A stretch of 62,522 nucleotides of DNA, the filler included, from Actinomycetota bacterium (GTDB lineage Bacteria > Actinomycetota > Acidimicrobiia > IMCC26256 > VFJJ01): assembly GCA_009886115.1 (NCBI GenBank). It is 4 parts of 4 records of this genome, joined end to end, with 100 filler letters (N's around TTAATTAATTAA, not from the genome) between each part and the next. Parts side by side here need not be neighbours in the genome. Positions count along the whole stretch, not along the records: positions 15,805 to 37,696 come from VFJJ01000009.1; positions 37,797 to 50,842 come from VFJJ01000216.1; 2 more parts are not named here. One strand, 5' to 3'. Within the stretch, counting starts at the first letter, position 1; each line of letters begins with the position of its first letter. The notes below the pieces were generated by a model, which was not told where the DNA came from, did no database searches, and worked only from the letters and a program-made list of their open reading frames with translations. The translations under genes and the position numbers were made by a program. This document shows, in pieces, positions 29,530 through 39,767 of this stretch.

Positions 29530-30801
29530 CTACGGAAGGCTGCCGGCCGGCGCCGAGGCCCGGCGCGTACTGTGGCGACGGGTGCCCGTGACGGCCACGG
29601 CCCCGGTGGCCACGGCGGCCAGCCCGCCGAGGCTCACGCCGACACGGGGGCTGGTGAGCTCCGAGAGGCCGCCGATGATGAGGCTGCCGACGGGCGTGGA
29701 ACCCAGGAACAGCACGGCGTAGAGCGACATGACCCGCCCCCGGTAGGCGTCGGCTGTCACCTGCTGGAGGCGGGCATTGGTCGACGACACGTAGACCGCG
29801 GCCGCGCAGGCGCTCGATGCCAGCACGGGCATGGCCAGCCAGGCCCACGGCGAGCAGGCCGTCGCCAACGTGAGCACCCCGAACGCCAGCGCTGAACGGC
29901 CGATTCGGGCTCGGGTCGCCTCGCTGCGGCCCGCCGCGTAGAGCGACCCGCACATCGCTCCGAGCCCACCGACGGCTCCGAACGCGGCGAACAGGCCCGG
30001 TCCGGCGCCGAAGGTGATGCGAGCCAGCAGCGGCGTGGTCACCGCGGTGTTGAGCGCCAATGTGCCCACGATGGCCATGGCCGCCAAGGGGAAGCGCACC
30101 TCGGGCTCCGAGCGGGCGTAGCGGATGCCGTCACGGATCAGCCCCCGGCTCCGGATGACGGGCGTTCGGCGGCGAAGCTCGCTGGTGCGCATCATGAGCA
30201 ACGCACCGATGACGGCCAGGAACGACACGGCATTGAGGTACAGGCAGACCGTGGCGCCAAATGCGACGATGAGCCCGCCGGCGAGAGCCGAACCGACCAT
30301 CCGCGAGCCCGTCATGATCGCGGCGTTGAGCCCGACGGCCGACGGGATGTCGTGGGGCTCGACGAGCTCGGCCGCGAAGCTCTGGCGCGAGGCGGTCTCG
30401 AAGGCCGAGGCCACGCCGAGCAGCATCGACATGACCAGCAGGACCGCTACCGACCGGTGCCCGGCCCCCACGACGATCGCCGTCGCCAGGGCGATGATCG
30501 CCGCGGCTCCGTTCGCCACGGAGATCAGGAGCCGCTTGTCGAGCCGGTCGGCGAGGGCGCCGGCCCAGGTTCCCAGCAGCAGCAGCGGAAGGTACTGGGC
30601 GGCCACCAGCACGCCGAGATCGGTCGATGATCCCGTGTCACGTAAGACGATCCAGGCGACCGCAGTGGTGTGGGTCCACGTCCCGATGACCGAGAGCACC
30701 TGGCCCACGAAGAAGAGGCGGTAGTTGCGCTGGCGCAGGGCCCGGAACGGCGTCGCCCGGTGCACGGGCCGCTTCGCCGTCGGGTCAGGATGCGCCGTCA
30801 C
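29530..30801 (-). CDS. MFS transporter (MFS_3-like)
   Basis: FRALRQRNYRLFFVGQ, GALADRLDKR, YRGRVMSLY; many TM segments. Confidence 0.9.
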   Translation of the reverse strand: MTAHPDPTAKRPVHRATPFRALRQRNYRLFFVGQVLSVIGTWTHTTAVAWIVLRDTGSSTDLGVLVAAQYLPLLLLGTWAGALADRLDKRLLISVANGAAAIIALATAIVVGAGHRSVAVLLVMSMLLGVASAFETASRQSFAAELVEPHDIPSAVGLNAAIMTGSRMVGSALAGGLIVAFGATVCLYLNAVSFLAVIGALLMMRTSELRRRTPVIRSRGLIRDGIRYARSEPEVRFPLAAMAIVGTLALNTAVTTPLLARITFGAGPGLFAAFGAVGGLGAMCGSLYAAGRSEATRARIGRSALAFGVLTLATACSPWAWLAMPVLASSACAAAVYVSSTNARLQQVTADAYRGRVMSLYAVLFLGSTPVGSLIIGGLSELTSPRVGVSLGGLAAVATGAVAVTGTRRHSTRRASAPAGSLP

Positions 30802-30986
30802 GGCGACGAACCTACCCGGGCGATCCCGGCGGCCCAGGCGACCCGCGAACCCGGTCACGATTCTCGTCCGGGATCGTGCGGGCCAGTTGGCAAGCTGTAG
30901 CGGGCCCGGTGCGCCACGACCTGGTTCCACCCCTGCTTCCACCCGTGCCCTGCACCTCATGCCCTTCCACCCGTGCCCTTCACCTC

Positions 30987-33900
30987 ATGCCTGATACCCC
31001 GCTCACTCCCTCATCACCGACGATCGACGAGATCCGAGCCCGGCTGGGGCTCGTGATGGTGCGCGACCAGTTCCGGCTCGCCGGTCGACTCGATGGGCTC
31101 CGCCGCACCCCCGACGGCCGGGGGCGCGCCGAGTCGCTGACCGCGATCACCGCCGCGGTGGTCGAGGCCGAAGCCCGGGTGGCGTTGCGGGCGGCGACCG
31201 TCCCCTCATTGAGCTTCCCGGCCGAGCTGCCGATCAGCGCCCGCAGCGCCGAGATCATCGAGACGCTGCGCGACCACCGGGTGGTGATCGTGGCCGGCGA
31301 GACCGGCTCGGGCAAGAGCACCCAGCTCCCCAAGCTCTGCCTCGCTGCCGGCCGCGGTGTGCGGGGGCTGATCGGTCACACCCAACCTCGCCGTCTGGCC
31401 GCCCGGACCGTGGCCGAGCGCGTCGCCGAGGAGTTGGGCTCGGAGGTCGGCGGCATCGTGGGTTACACGGTGCGCTTCACCGACCGGGTCGGTGAGCGGA
31501 CGCTGGTGAAGGTCATGACCGACGGCATCCTTCTGGCCGAGATCCAGCGCGACCGCATGCTCGATCGCTACGACACGATCATCGTCGACGAGGCCCACGA
31601 GCGGAGCCTGAACGTCGACTTCCTCCTCGGCTATCTCAAGCGGCTCTTGCCCCGGCGGCCCGATCTGTCGGTGGTGATCACTTCGGCCACGATCGACACC
31701 GAACGCTTCTCGCAGCATTTCGACGGTGCGCCCGTCATCGAGGTGACGGGGCGGGGCTACCCCGTCGAGCTGCGCTACCGGCCCCTCGACGAGGGAGACG
31801 ACGACGCCGAGCGCGACCAGATCCAGGCGGTGTGCGACGCCGTTGCCGAGCTCGACGGGGAAGGCCCGGGCGACGTCCTGGTGTTCCTGAGCGGCGAGCG
31901 CGAGATCCACGACACGGCCGATGCCCTCAAGGCCCTGACCCTGCGCCACACCGAGATCCTGCCTCTGTACGCCCGCCTTTCGGCGCACGAGCAGCACCGC
32001 ATCTTCTCGCCGCATCCCGGACGGCGGATCGTGTTGGCGACGAACGTCGCCGAGACCTCCCTCACCGTCCCCGGCGTCCGTTACGTCGTCGATGCCGGGA
32101 CGGCCCGGATCTCCAGGTACAGCAAGCGGTTGAAGGTGCAACGCCTCCCGATCGAGGCCATCTCGCAGGCGTCGGCCAACCAGCGCGCCGGCCGGTGCGG
32201 ACGTGTCGCCCCCGGCATCTGCATCCGCCTGTACGCCGAGGACGACTACCTCAGCCGGCCCGAGTTCACCGAGCCCGAGATCCTCCGCACCAACCTGGCC
32301 TCGGTCATCCTCCAGATGACCGCGATCGGGCTGGGTGACGTGGCCCGCTTCCCGTTCGTCGACCCGCCCGACAGCCGGTCGATCCGAGACGGCGTGGCGC
32401 TCCTCGACGAGCTCGCGGCCCTGGCCCCGCCACGACCGTCGGTGAAGGCCGGTAGCGGCAGCTCGACCCGAGTCGTCCCCGACGGCCAGCGAACCCTCAC
32501 GCCCTTGGGACGCAAGCTGGCCCAGCTACCGCTCGATCCGCGTCTCGGGCGCATGGTGCTCGAGGCCGAGCATCAGGGCTGCGTTCGTGAGCTGCTCGTG
32601 CTGGCATCGGTGCTCTCGATCCAGGATCCTCGGGAGCGCCCGGCCGAGCATCGCCAGGCCGCCGACGAGCAGCACCGCCGCTTCGCCGATCCCCGCTCCG
32701 ACTTCTTGAGCCTGCTGCGGCTGTGGGACTACCTGCGCGAGCTCCAGCAGACGCTCTCGTCGAACCAGTTCCGCAAGCGCTGCAAGGCCGAGTACCTGAA
32801 CCACCTCCGCATCCGGGAGTGGCACGACCTCTACAGCCAGCTCCGCCAGGTGTGCTCGGGGATGGGCATCCACCTCAAGACCGAACGCGCCGAGAGAACC
32901 GACCGGACCGAGAGAACCGACCACACCGAACGCGCCGACCGCACCGGCACCGAAGGGACCCCCGACACCGTCGAGCCGATGGCGCCCGACAGGGCCGACG
33001 CCGTCCACCGGGCTCTGCTGGCCGGGCTCTTGTCACAGATCGGCATGCGCGACCCGGCAACGGGCGAGTACCTCGGCGCCCGCGGCGCCCGCTTCGCGAT
33101 CGCGCCCGGCTCGGTGCTGGCGCGCAAGGGGCCACCCTGGGTGATGGTCGCCGAGCTCGTCGAGACGAATCGCCTGTGGGGAAGGGTCGCCGCCCGCATC
33201 GAACCCGAGTGGGCAGAGACCTCGGGCGGCCACCTCGTGGCCCGCACCTACAGCGAGCCCGTGTGGGACGCCAAGCGCGCCGCGGCGATGGCCTCGGAGC
33301 GAGTCACGCTGTTCGGGCTCCCCATCGTGCCGAGCCGCCGCGTGAGCTACGCCCCGATCGACCCCGAAGCCGCTCGGGAGATCTTCCTCAGACACGCTCT
33401 GGTGGACGGCGACTGGCTGTCGCCGCATGCCTTCCGCGACCACAACCGCGTGGCCATCGAGGCCGTGCAAGCGTTGCAGAGCAAGGCCCGGCGGCGCGAT
33501 CTGCTCGTCGACGACGAGGCGATCTTCGAGTTCTACGACCAGCGGGTGCCGGCCGAGGTCGTGACCGGACGCGACTTCGACCAGTGGTGGAAGCGGGAGC
33601 GCCGAGCCCGACCTGCGCTGCTCGATCTCACGCACGCGGTGCTGCTGCGTCCCGATGCCCGCTGGGTCGACGGCGAGGCCCTGCCCGACACCTGGCCTCT
33701 CCCCGCCGAGGCCGTCGAGGCGGGGTCGGCGAGGCCGTCGAGCGCCGGGGAGGCCGGCGAGGCCAGCGAGGCCGGGGAGGCCGCGACCCCGGGCGAGGCG
33801 CTCCTCCTCACCTACGCATGGGACGCCGGCGCGCCCGACGACGGGGCGACCGTCCACGTTCCATTGCTGGCTCTGCCCAAGGTAGGGATGGCGCGTTTCG

Positions 33901-35132
33901 AGTGGCAGGTGCCCGGGTGGCGCCTCGAGCTCGTGAGCGCGCTGATCAAGACCCTGCCCAAGGACATCCGCCGCCACCTGGCTCCCGTTGCCCCGCACGC
34001 CGCGGCCTTTTGTGCCCGTGCGATCCCGTCCGACGGCCCCCTGCTCAGCGTGCTGGCACGTGCGCTGGGCCGCTCGATCGGGATCCCGGTCACGCCTGCC
34101 GATTTCGACCCTGAACGTCTGCCCGAGCACCTGCGCATGAAGATCGCCGTGTTCGACGTCGACGGCCGGTGCCTCGCGGTCGGCACCGATCTCGACGCGC
34201 TCCAGGAGCGCTTCGGCGCCACGGTGCGAGCAGCTGCGCTGGCGGAGGTGCGCGCGGCAGCCGGGAAGTTCGAGCGCGACGCCGTGACGACGTGGGATCT
34301 GGGTTCGCTCCCCCGCGAGATCGCCGTGGTACGTCAGGGCCAGAAGGTCGAGGCCTATCCCGCGCTGAAGGTCGAGGGCGACCGGATCGCCGTTCGAGTG
34401 CTGGCCAGTCGCTTCGAGCAGGAACTCGAGATGCGGGCCGGGACACGAGCGCTGCTGCTGCGCTCGGTCGTGTCGTTGAAGGCGATCCTCGGTCGGATGC
34501 TGTCGAACGAAGGCCGCTTGGCGCTGGCTCGCACCGGCTACGGGACGGTCGACGCCCTCGTCGACGACTGTGTCGCGGCGGGCGTCGACCAGATCGTCGC
34601 CGAGCACGGCGGGCCCGCGTGGGACGAGCGCGGCTTCGACGCTCTGCGCGTTGCGGTCCGCGACGGGGTCGCCGATCGCGCCATCGATCTCGTGGTCGTC
34701 GCCGCCCGGGAGCTCGAAGCCGCGGCTGCGGCGCAGGCTCGTCTGAGCAGGATCACCAGTCCCCCCTTGGCTCCTGCGGTTGACGACATGGCGGCGCAGC
34801 TCGCCCGGCTCGTCGCCCCCGGCTTCGTGACGGCCACCGGTGCGGCCCGCCTGGCCGACGTCGAGCGCTACGTGCAGGCGATCGACCGGCGCCTCGACAA
34901 GCTGGCCGACGATCCCCGCCGCGACCGTTCCCGGATGGACACCATCACCGAGCTGTCGGCCCGCCACCAGGCATTGGTACGGGCGTTCGCCCCAGGCCCG
35001 GTACCCGACGAGATCGCAGCCATCGGCTGGATGATCGAGGACCTCCGGGTGAGTCTGTTCGCCCAATCGCTCAAGGTCCCCCGCCCCGTCAGCGAGAAGC
35101 GCATCCTCGATGCGCTCGACGATTGGTCGTGA
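30987..35132 (+). CDS. hrpA: ATP-dependent RNA helicase HrpA
   Basis: GETGSGKSTQLPK, TQPRR, DEAHER, SAT, ATNVAETSLT, QRAGRCGR, C-terminal RVSLFAQ. Confidence 0.96.
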   Translation: MPDTPLTPSSPTIDEIRARLGLVMVRDQFRLAGRLDGLRRTPDGRGRAESLTAITAAVVEAEARVALRAATVPSLSFPAELPISARSAEIIETLRDHRVVIVAGETGSGKSTQLPKLCLAAGRGVRGLIGHTQPRRLAARTVAERVAEELGSEVGGIVGYTVRFTDRVGERTLVKVMTDGILLAEIQRDRMLDRYDTIIVDEAHERSLNVDFLLGYLKRLLPRRPDLSVVITSATIDTERFSQHFDGAPVIEVTGRGYPVELRYRPLDEGDDDAERDQIQAVCDAVAELDGEGPGDVLVFLSGEREIHDTADALKALTLRHTEILPLYARLSAHEQHRIFSPHPGRRIVLATNVAETSLTVPGVRYVVDAGTARISRYSKRLKVQRLPIEAISQASANQRAGRCGRVAPGICIRLYAEDDYLSRPEFTEPEILRTNLASVILQMTAIGLGDVARFPFVDPPDSRSIRDGVALLDELAALAPPRPSVKAGSGSSTRVVPDGQRTLTPLGRKLAQLPLDPRLGRMVLEAEHQGCVRELLVLASVLSIQDPRERPAEHRQAADEQHRRFADPRSDFLSLLRLWDYLRELQQTLSSNQFRKRCKAEYLNHLRIREWHDLYSQLRQVCSGMGIHLKTERAERTDRTERTDHTERADRTGTEGTPDTVEPMAPDRADAVHRALLAGLLSQIGMRDPATGEYLGARGARFAIAPGSVLARKGPPWVMVAELVETNRLWGRVAARIEPEWAETSGGHLVARTYSEPVWDAKRAAAMASERVTLFGLPIVPSRRVSYAPIDPEAAREIFLRHALVDGDWLSPHAFRDHNRVAIEAVQALQSKARRRDLLVDDEAIFEFYDQRVPAEVVTGRDFDQWWKRERRARPALLDLTHAVLLRPDARWVDGEALPDTWPLPAEAVEAGSARPSSAGEAGEASEAGEAATPGEALLLTYAWDAGAPDDGATVHVPLLALPKVGMARFEWQVPGWRLELVSALIKTLPKDIRRHLAPVAPHAAAFCARAIPSDGPLLSVLARALGRSIGIPVTPADFDPERLPEHLRMKIAVFDVDGRCLAVGTDLDALQERFGATVRAAALAEVRAAAGKFERDAVTTWDLGSLPREIAVVRQGQKVEAYPALKVEGDRIAVRVLASRFEQELEMRAGTRALLLRSVVSLKAILGRMLSNEGRLALARTGYGTVDALVDDCVAAGVDQIVAEHGGPAWDERGFDALRVAVRDGVADRAIDLVVVAARELEAAAAAQARLSRITSPPLAPAVDDMAAQLARLVAPGFVTATGAARLADVERYVQAIDRRLDKLADDPRRDRSRMDTITELSARHQALVRAFAPGPVPDEIAAIGWMIEDLRVSLFAQSLKVPRPVSEKRILDALDDWS

Positions 35133-35146
35133 GTCCCCACCCCTTC

Positions 35147-35192
35147 CCCAAATGTGTGCAGAAAACGTCGCCTGGCGACGTTTTCTGCACAC
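35147..35192. repeat. palindromic intergenic element, family A (copy 3)
   Basis: cccaaat + gtgtgcagaaaacgtcgcc-t-ggcgacgttttctgcacac just after the hrpA stop. Confidence 0.85.
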
Positions 35193-35229
35193 GGAACCCC
35201 GGGGGCGATGTCGCGTAGGCTCCGGCCCC

Positions 35230-36159
35230 GTGTACCTGAACGAGTTCGCCGATGATCTCTCGCCCCTCGACATGACGGCCTCCCCCGAGTTCACCAGCCT
35301 GCTGGAGAGCGCAGCCGATCTCGGGATCCCTCACCCGCCCGGCGTGCGCTACGTGTCTCGCCACACCGTGGTTCGCAGCCAGCGCTTCCACTTCTCGGAA
35401 TGGGGTGAGCCCGCACGGCCACAGGTGTTGCTGCTGCACGGCGGGAACCAGTCGGCGCACTCGTGGGACCTCGTGAGCCTGCACCTGTCCGACCGCTACC
35501 ACGTGTTCGCGCTCGACCAACGGGGCCACGGCGACTCCGAGTGGAACCGCGAGCTCGACTACTCGGTTGAGGCCATGGCCGCCGACGCCTTGGCGTTCAT
35601 CGCCGATCAGCGGCTCGACAAGCCGATCATCTTCGGCCATTCGATGGGCGGACGGGTCACGCTCACCTTGGCGTCGCAGCATCCCGAGATCGCCCGGGGA
35701 CTGGTGATCGTCGACGTGGGCCCCGAGCTGTCCCCCGAGGGCATCGAGAAGATCTCGAACTTCGTGACCCACAACGTGGAGTTCGACGATCTCGACGTGT
35801 TCCTCGACAACGTCGCCACGTACGACCCGTTCCGCTCCCGGGCCCACATCGCCCGAACGGTCAAGTACAACATGCTGCGGCGGATCGACGGGAAGTACGT
35901 GAGCAAGGTCGACCATCGCCGCATCCCCGGCCGCCACGTGGATCTCACGCTCGACAGCGTTGCTTCGTTGCCGTGCCCCGTGTTGGTCGTCCGCGGTGCC
36001 GAGTCGAACATCCTCACCCCCGAGGCAGCCCAGCGTTTCGCCGGCTCCCTCCCCAAGGGCCAGCTGGTGACCGTGCCCGACTGCGGCCACAACGTCCACT
36101 CCGGCAACACCCCCGGCTTCCTCGACGCCATCAGCCCCTTCCTCGCCGACCTCGCCTGA
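35230..36159 (+). CDS. alpha/beta fold hydrolase
   Basis: LLHGG, DQRGHGDS, GHSMGG, GHNVH. Confidence 0.92.
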   Translation: MYLNEFADDLSPLDMTASPEFTSLLESAADLGIPHPPGVRYVSRHTVVRSQRFHFSEWGEPARPQVLLLHGGNQSAHSWDLVSLHLSDRYHVFALDQRGHGDSEWNRELDYSVEAMAADALAFIADQRLDKPIIFGHSMGGRVTLTLASQHPEIARGLVIVDVGPELSPEGIEKISNFVTHNVEFDDLDVFLDNVATYDPFRSRAHIARTVKYNMLRRIDGKYVSKVDHRRIPGRHVDLTLDSVASLPCPVLVVRGAESNILTPEAAQRFAGSLPKGQLVTVPDCGHNVHSGNTPGFLDAISPFLADLA

Positions 36160-36200
36160 GCACGACGCCCGCGCAGGCCGGCCTCCGCCGGCGCCGCCGA

Positions 36201-36650
36201 TCAGTCGGCGATGTCGGCCTTCGCCACGATCCGTGTCGGGTGAACACGGACGACCATCTCGGGGGCGACGCCGTTCCTCCGACCGTAGGTCTCGGCCTGC
36301 TCAGCGCCCATGTACCGGCCGCCGATACGGGTTGCCCATGCGAGCAGATCAACCGGATCGGTCGACACGGTGACGGTACCGGCCACGGTCACGAACGAGA
36401 ACGGCGGGCGCTCGTCGTCCCAGCACAAGCTGACCCGGCCGTCGCGCACGATGGCGCGGCCCTTGATCGTGTCGGCCGACGTCATGAAGACGATCTCGTC
36501 ACCGTCGAGGTCAACCCACACGGGAGCAACGTGCGGGCTCCCGTCCGCCTGGCGCGCACTGATCTGCGGCTTCCGTCCGTCCAGTCCGTCGAGTGCGGCC
36601 CCGTGATACGCCGAGTCCGCCATCCCGTAGAACACGCTGAGCCGAGGCAC
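36201..36650 (-). CDS. PPOX-class F420-dependent oxidoreductase, atypical N-terminus
   Basis: ADGSPHVAPVW, KGRAIVRDGRVSLC.DDERPPFSFV, YGRRN. Confidence 0.8.
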   Translation of the reverse strand: MPRLSVFYGMADSAYHGAALDGLDGRKPQISARQADGSPHVAPVWVDLDGDEIVFMTSADTIKGRAIVRDGRVSLCWDDERPPFSFVTVAGTVTVSTDPVDLLAWATRIGGRYMGAEQAETYGRRNGVAPEMVVRVHPTRIVAKADIAD

Positions 36651-36740
36651 GTCACCAATGACGGGAGCGTCGGCGCGTCAAGCCCCGCACCGTCTGGCGG
36701 GCAGGCTTGCCGTCGAGCCCCACTCCCGGATCGTGGGTAA

Positions 36741-36775
36741 CAAGAAGGGCGGCCTCCCATTGGGAGACCGCCCTT
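36741..36775 (-). terminator. intrinsic terminator downstream of the tRNA fragment
   Basis: Hairpin aagggcgg-c-ctccc-att-gggag-a-ccgccctt with a T-rich tail on the minus strand. Confidence 0.75.
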
Positions 36776-36793
36776 GAACTGGCACTACCTGAG

Positions 36794-36839
36794 CAGCCCG
36801 TACGGGATTCGAACCCGTGTTTTCACCTTGAGAGGGTGA
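36794..36839 (-). mobile_element. 3' half of tRNA-Glu(CTC): att site of an integrated element
   Basis: Minus strand tcacc-ctCTCaa-ggtga aaac acggg-ttcgaat-cccgt acgggctg; no D arm or 5' acceptor strand upstream. Confidence 0.85.
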
Positions 36840-36845
36840 GCACTG

Positions 36846-36961
36846 GCGTAATGCCACATTACGCTGCGGGTGTTTGCGCAGTTCAGCGTAGGCGTGACCT
36901 TCCGTCTGGTGTCGTCTCGTCCGCCTGGTGTCGCCCAGTGGATTGGCAAAGGGATTGGCAA
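36846..36961. repeat. putative integrase-binding repeats beside the att site
   Basis: IR gcgtaatg-cca-cattacgc (36846-36864); direct repeat ggattggcaa at 36940 and 36952. Confidence 0.6.
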
Positions 36962-37150
36962 GCGCCTCCGGCTCCGCATACGCCACCCGCCCCCCGGGTG
37001 CTTGTCGGCGTCTGGTCGGGCAGAGCGATCCGATCAACGACTGACTGGCGCAGCGCCCGATTAGTGTGCCCGGTTTGAGCGTTTCATCCAGGTTCCGGGC
37101 CAGATTTAACCGAATTCTGAAGAGCACGTGTCACAAATTCGGCCCACGAA

Positions 37151-37390
37151 TTGCTCTTACAGGTAGGGGACTTCGCGCGGCGGAGTCCAGACCTTGGCGA
37201 TCCGCTCAGCATGTTGCGGGCGGCTGATCAGACGCTGCTCCGGTTGTGGTCGTCAGGAATGTCGACGGCCGAGCTGGCCGCGGAGCTGTCGGTGAGCGAC
37301 GCCGCCGTCAGGCAGCGACTGTCGCGTGCTCGCAAGCAGCTGGCGACAGCGCTCTTGTCAGCGAAAAAAAGGGCTGGGGACGGGTCGTGA
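37151..37390 (+). pseudogene. sigma-70 region 4 HTH fragment (truncated ECF sigma)
   Basis: DQTLLRL..GMSTAELAAELSVSDAAVRQRLSRARKQL; no region 2. Confidence 0.6.
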
Positions 37391-37696
37391 TGGTGAGTGG
37401 CTCATGGCGGCGTCGGGTCGGGTGGTTGATGGCGGCGCTCGTTCTCGTTGGTGTCCCGGTCGCCGCGTACGAGGCGGGGCAGCGGGTCAGGTCGCCGGCA
37501 CAGGCGGCCGCCGATGCGGCCCCTCCGGTCCCGTCGGTGATCACCGCTCCGGTGGAGCGCCGCGTGTTGACCGACGCAGTCGTCTTTCGTGGCGACGTGA
37601 TCGCAGCGGGTGCGGTGGATGTGGGTGCGCCGTCGTTGTCGGGTGAGACGGTGCCGGTGGTGACCGATGTGCGGGTCGGGGTTGGCGATCCAGTCG
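37387..37696 (+). CDS. efflux adaptor / peptidoglycan-binding protein N-terminus (3' truncated)
   Basis: TM helix then VRSPAQAAADAAPP.PSVITAPVERRVL...RG. Confidence 0.7.
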
Positions 37697-37796
37697 NNNN
37701 NNNNNNNNNNNNNNNNNNNNNNNNNNNNNNNNNNNNNNNNTTAATTAATTAANNNNNNNNNNNNNNNNNNNNNNNNNNNNNNNNNNNNNNNNNNNN
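37697..37796. other. artificial contig linker
   Basis: N44-TTAATTAATTAA-N44. Confidence 0.98.
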
Positions 37797-39098
37797 CTGG
37801 GTGCCGATCAGGAGGTCCTTGAAGGGGACGCCCTTGTCTGGGCGGGGTTCTGAGGGCAGCCCAAGGGTGCGCTCACCGAGCACGTTGCGCTGCACCTCGT
37901 CGGAACCGCCGTAGATCGACGGGGCCGGGCTGAACAGCACCACCTCGTTGTACGCGCCTCGGTTCGGGGCGTCGGAACCGGCCAGGAGGGCGTCGGGGCC
38001 GAGGATGCGCACCACGAGATCACGGCCGAGCCTGACGATACGGCTCATCGCCAGCTTGGCCATGTTGGGCTCGCCACCCGTCAGCCGTCGACCGGCCTGG
38101 GCCGCTGCCTTGGCCCGCAGGTTCCCGAAGCGGCCGATCTGCTCGAGGGTTCGCAGACGCATCAGGTCTTGGCGGATGGTGGGGTCGCTCCACACGCCGC
38201 GCTCGCGCGCCAGGGCCACGAGCGCGGTGCTCGACAGCGCCGTGCCCCCACCCGCCGTCGTACCCCGTCGACCGGTGCGGACGAAGTCGCCGGCCCGCCG
38301 GGACAGATCGCCGACGATCGTGCCCGGTGCGGCCAGACCGGCCGCATTGTGGCCTCCAGCGCCGAGGCCGGCTCGCTCGAAGTTGAGCGTGGTGTTGGCG
38401 ACAGCCCAGCCGTTGTCGAGCCCGCCGATCAGCGTGTCGGCGTGGCTGCGGGCGTCGATGAGGAACACCTCGTTGAACAGGGCCCGGCCCGTCATCTCAC
38501 GCAGGGGTCGGACGTCGATGGCGTCGGGCTGATGCATCGGAAGCGCGAAGTACGAGATCCCCGCGTGCTTGGGCACCTCCACGTTGGTGCGAGCGAGCAG
38601 CATCCCCTGGTCGGCCTGGTGGCCACCCGAGGTCCAGACCTTCTGCCCGTTGAAGATCCACTCGTCGCCGTCACGAACGCCCTTGGTCTGCAGGCCGGCC
38701 AGGTCGGAGCCGGCGCCGGGCTCGCTGAAGAGCTGGCACCACGCCTCGGCGCCGGTGACGATCGGCCACAGGTAGCGCTGCTTCTGCTCGTCGGTGCCGT
38801 GGACGATGATCGTGGGCCCGGCGAGCAGCATCCCGAGGCCACCGGGCGGTCCGAGCACGTTCGCAGCCTCGAATTCGTGGACCACGACCGCCATGAGGTC
38901 ACGGGTCAGGCCCCGACCGTGCCATGCGGACGGCCATGTGGGCACGGCCCAGCCCGATCCCGCGAGCAGCTCCCACCAGCCGGCCACGGTCAGCTCGGGA
39001 TCCCAGTGCGTGTGCAGCCAGGCGGCCAGCTCCTCGCCCACCGACGCGGCGTCGGTCGTCTCGGACATCGAAGCCATCGGAACCTCCGGGTTACTCAC
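37797..39098 (-). CDS. acyl-CoA dehydrogenase (stop beyond contig end)
   Basis: WCQLFSEPGAGSDL, GQKVWTS, FNEVF, IYGGSDEVQRN. Confidence 0.93.
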
Positions 39099-39165
39099 GG
39101 GTAGGTCGCCCAGGCTATCGACCGGCCTGGTTGCCTGGCGGACGGATCGCCGTCAAGCTGCGCCG

Positions 39166-39681
39166 ATGAACCCGCCCGATGACAGCACCGTGCCGACGCC
39201 GGTCCCGCGCCTGGCCTTCGTCCACGCCGACGACGTGGCCTTCACCGAGGTCGTCGCGCAGGAGCATCCCGGGGGCCGGCGGGTGTCGGCGTACAACAAG
39301 TTCCTCGAATGGACCGACCGGCGCCTGGTGAACATCACCCGCTACGACCCGGGACTGGTACTCGAACGGCACGCGCATGCGAGCGATCACGTGGTGTTCG
39401 TACTGGAAGGCGACCTGGAGATCGGCGGCCGGCCCTGCCCCACGGGCACGCTCATCGTGCTCGAGCAGGGCGCGGTGTTCGGGCCGCTCATCGCCGGGGC
39501 CGACGGGTGCACGCTGTTCGAGCACTGGGCCGGCGATCCGATGCCGGTGCCCGTCGATCCTGACCTGTACCACCGGACACTCGACGAGCGCGGCATCACC
39601 CGTCTGCCCAATCCCCCGTTCGATCCACCGGCCCACCTGTCGAACCGTGAGCGATTCGGCCGGGGCGACCGCTTCTCGTGA
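39166..39681 (+). CDS. cupin domain protein
   Basis: RHAHASDHVVFVLEG...GPLIAG.DGC. Confidence 0.75.
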   Translation: MNPPDDSTVPTPVPRLAFVHADDVAFTEVVAQEHPGGRRVSAYNKFLEWTDRRLVNITRYDPGLVLERHAHASDHVVFVLEGDLEIGGRPCPTGTLIVLEQGAVFGPLIAGADGCTLFEHWAGDPMPVPVDPDLYHRTLDERGITRLPNPPFDPPAHLSNRERFGRGDRFS

Positions 39682-39767
39682 GCCCGGCAGTATCGTGAGG
39701 CCATCGTCGTCGGGGGTCACCTGCCGCTCGCGAGAGCCGAGTTCGGCCATGCCCGGGAGCCGGTGTC

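Noticed and set aside
33033..35294. Long antisense ORFs (e.g. 33033-35294, 44545-46476, 53409-55544, 11148-12749)
   Set aside because: Shadow or alternative frames of well-supported genes, expected at high GC, with no recognisable motifs
36794..36870. Complete tRNA-Glu gene
   Set aside because: No 5' acceptor strand complementary to acgggct and no D arm
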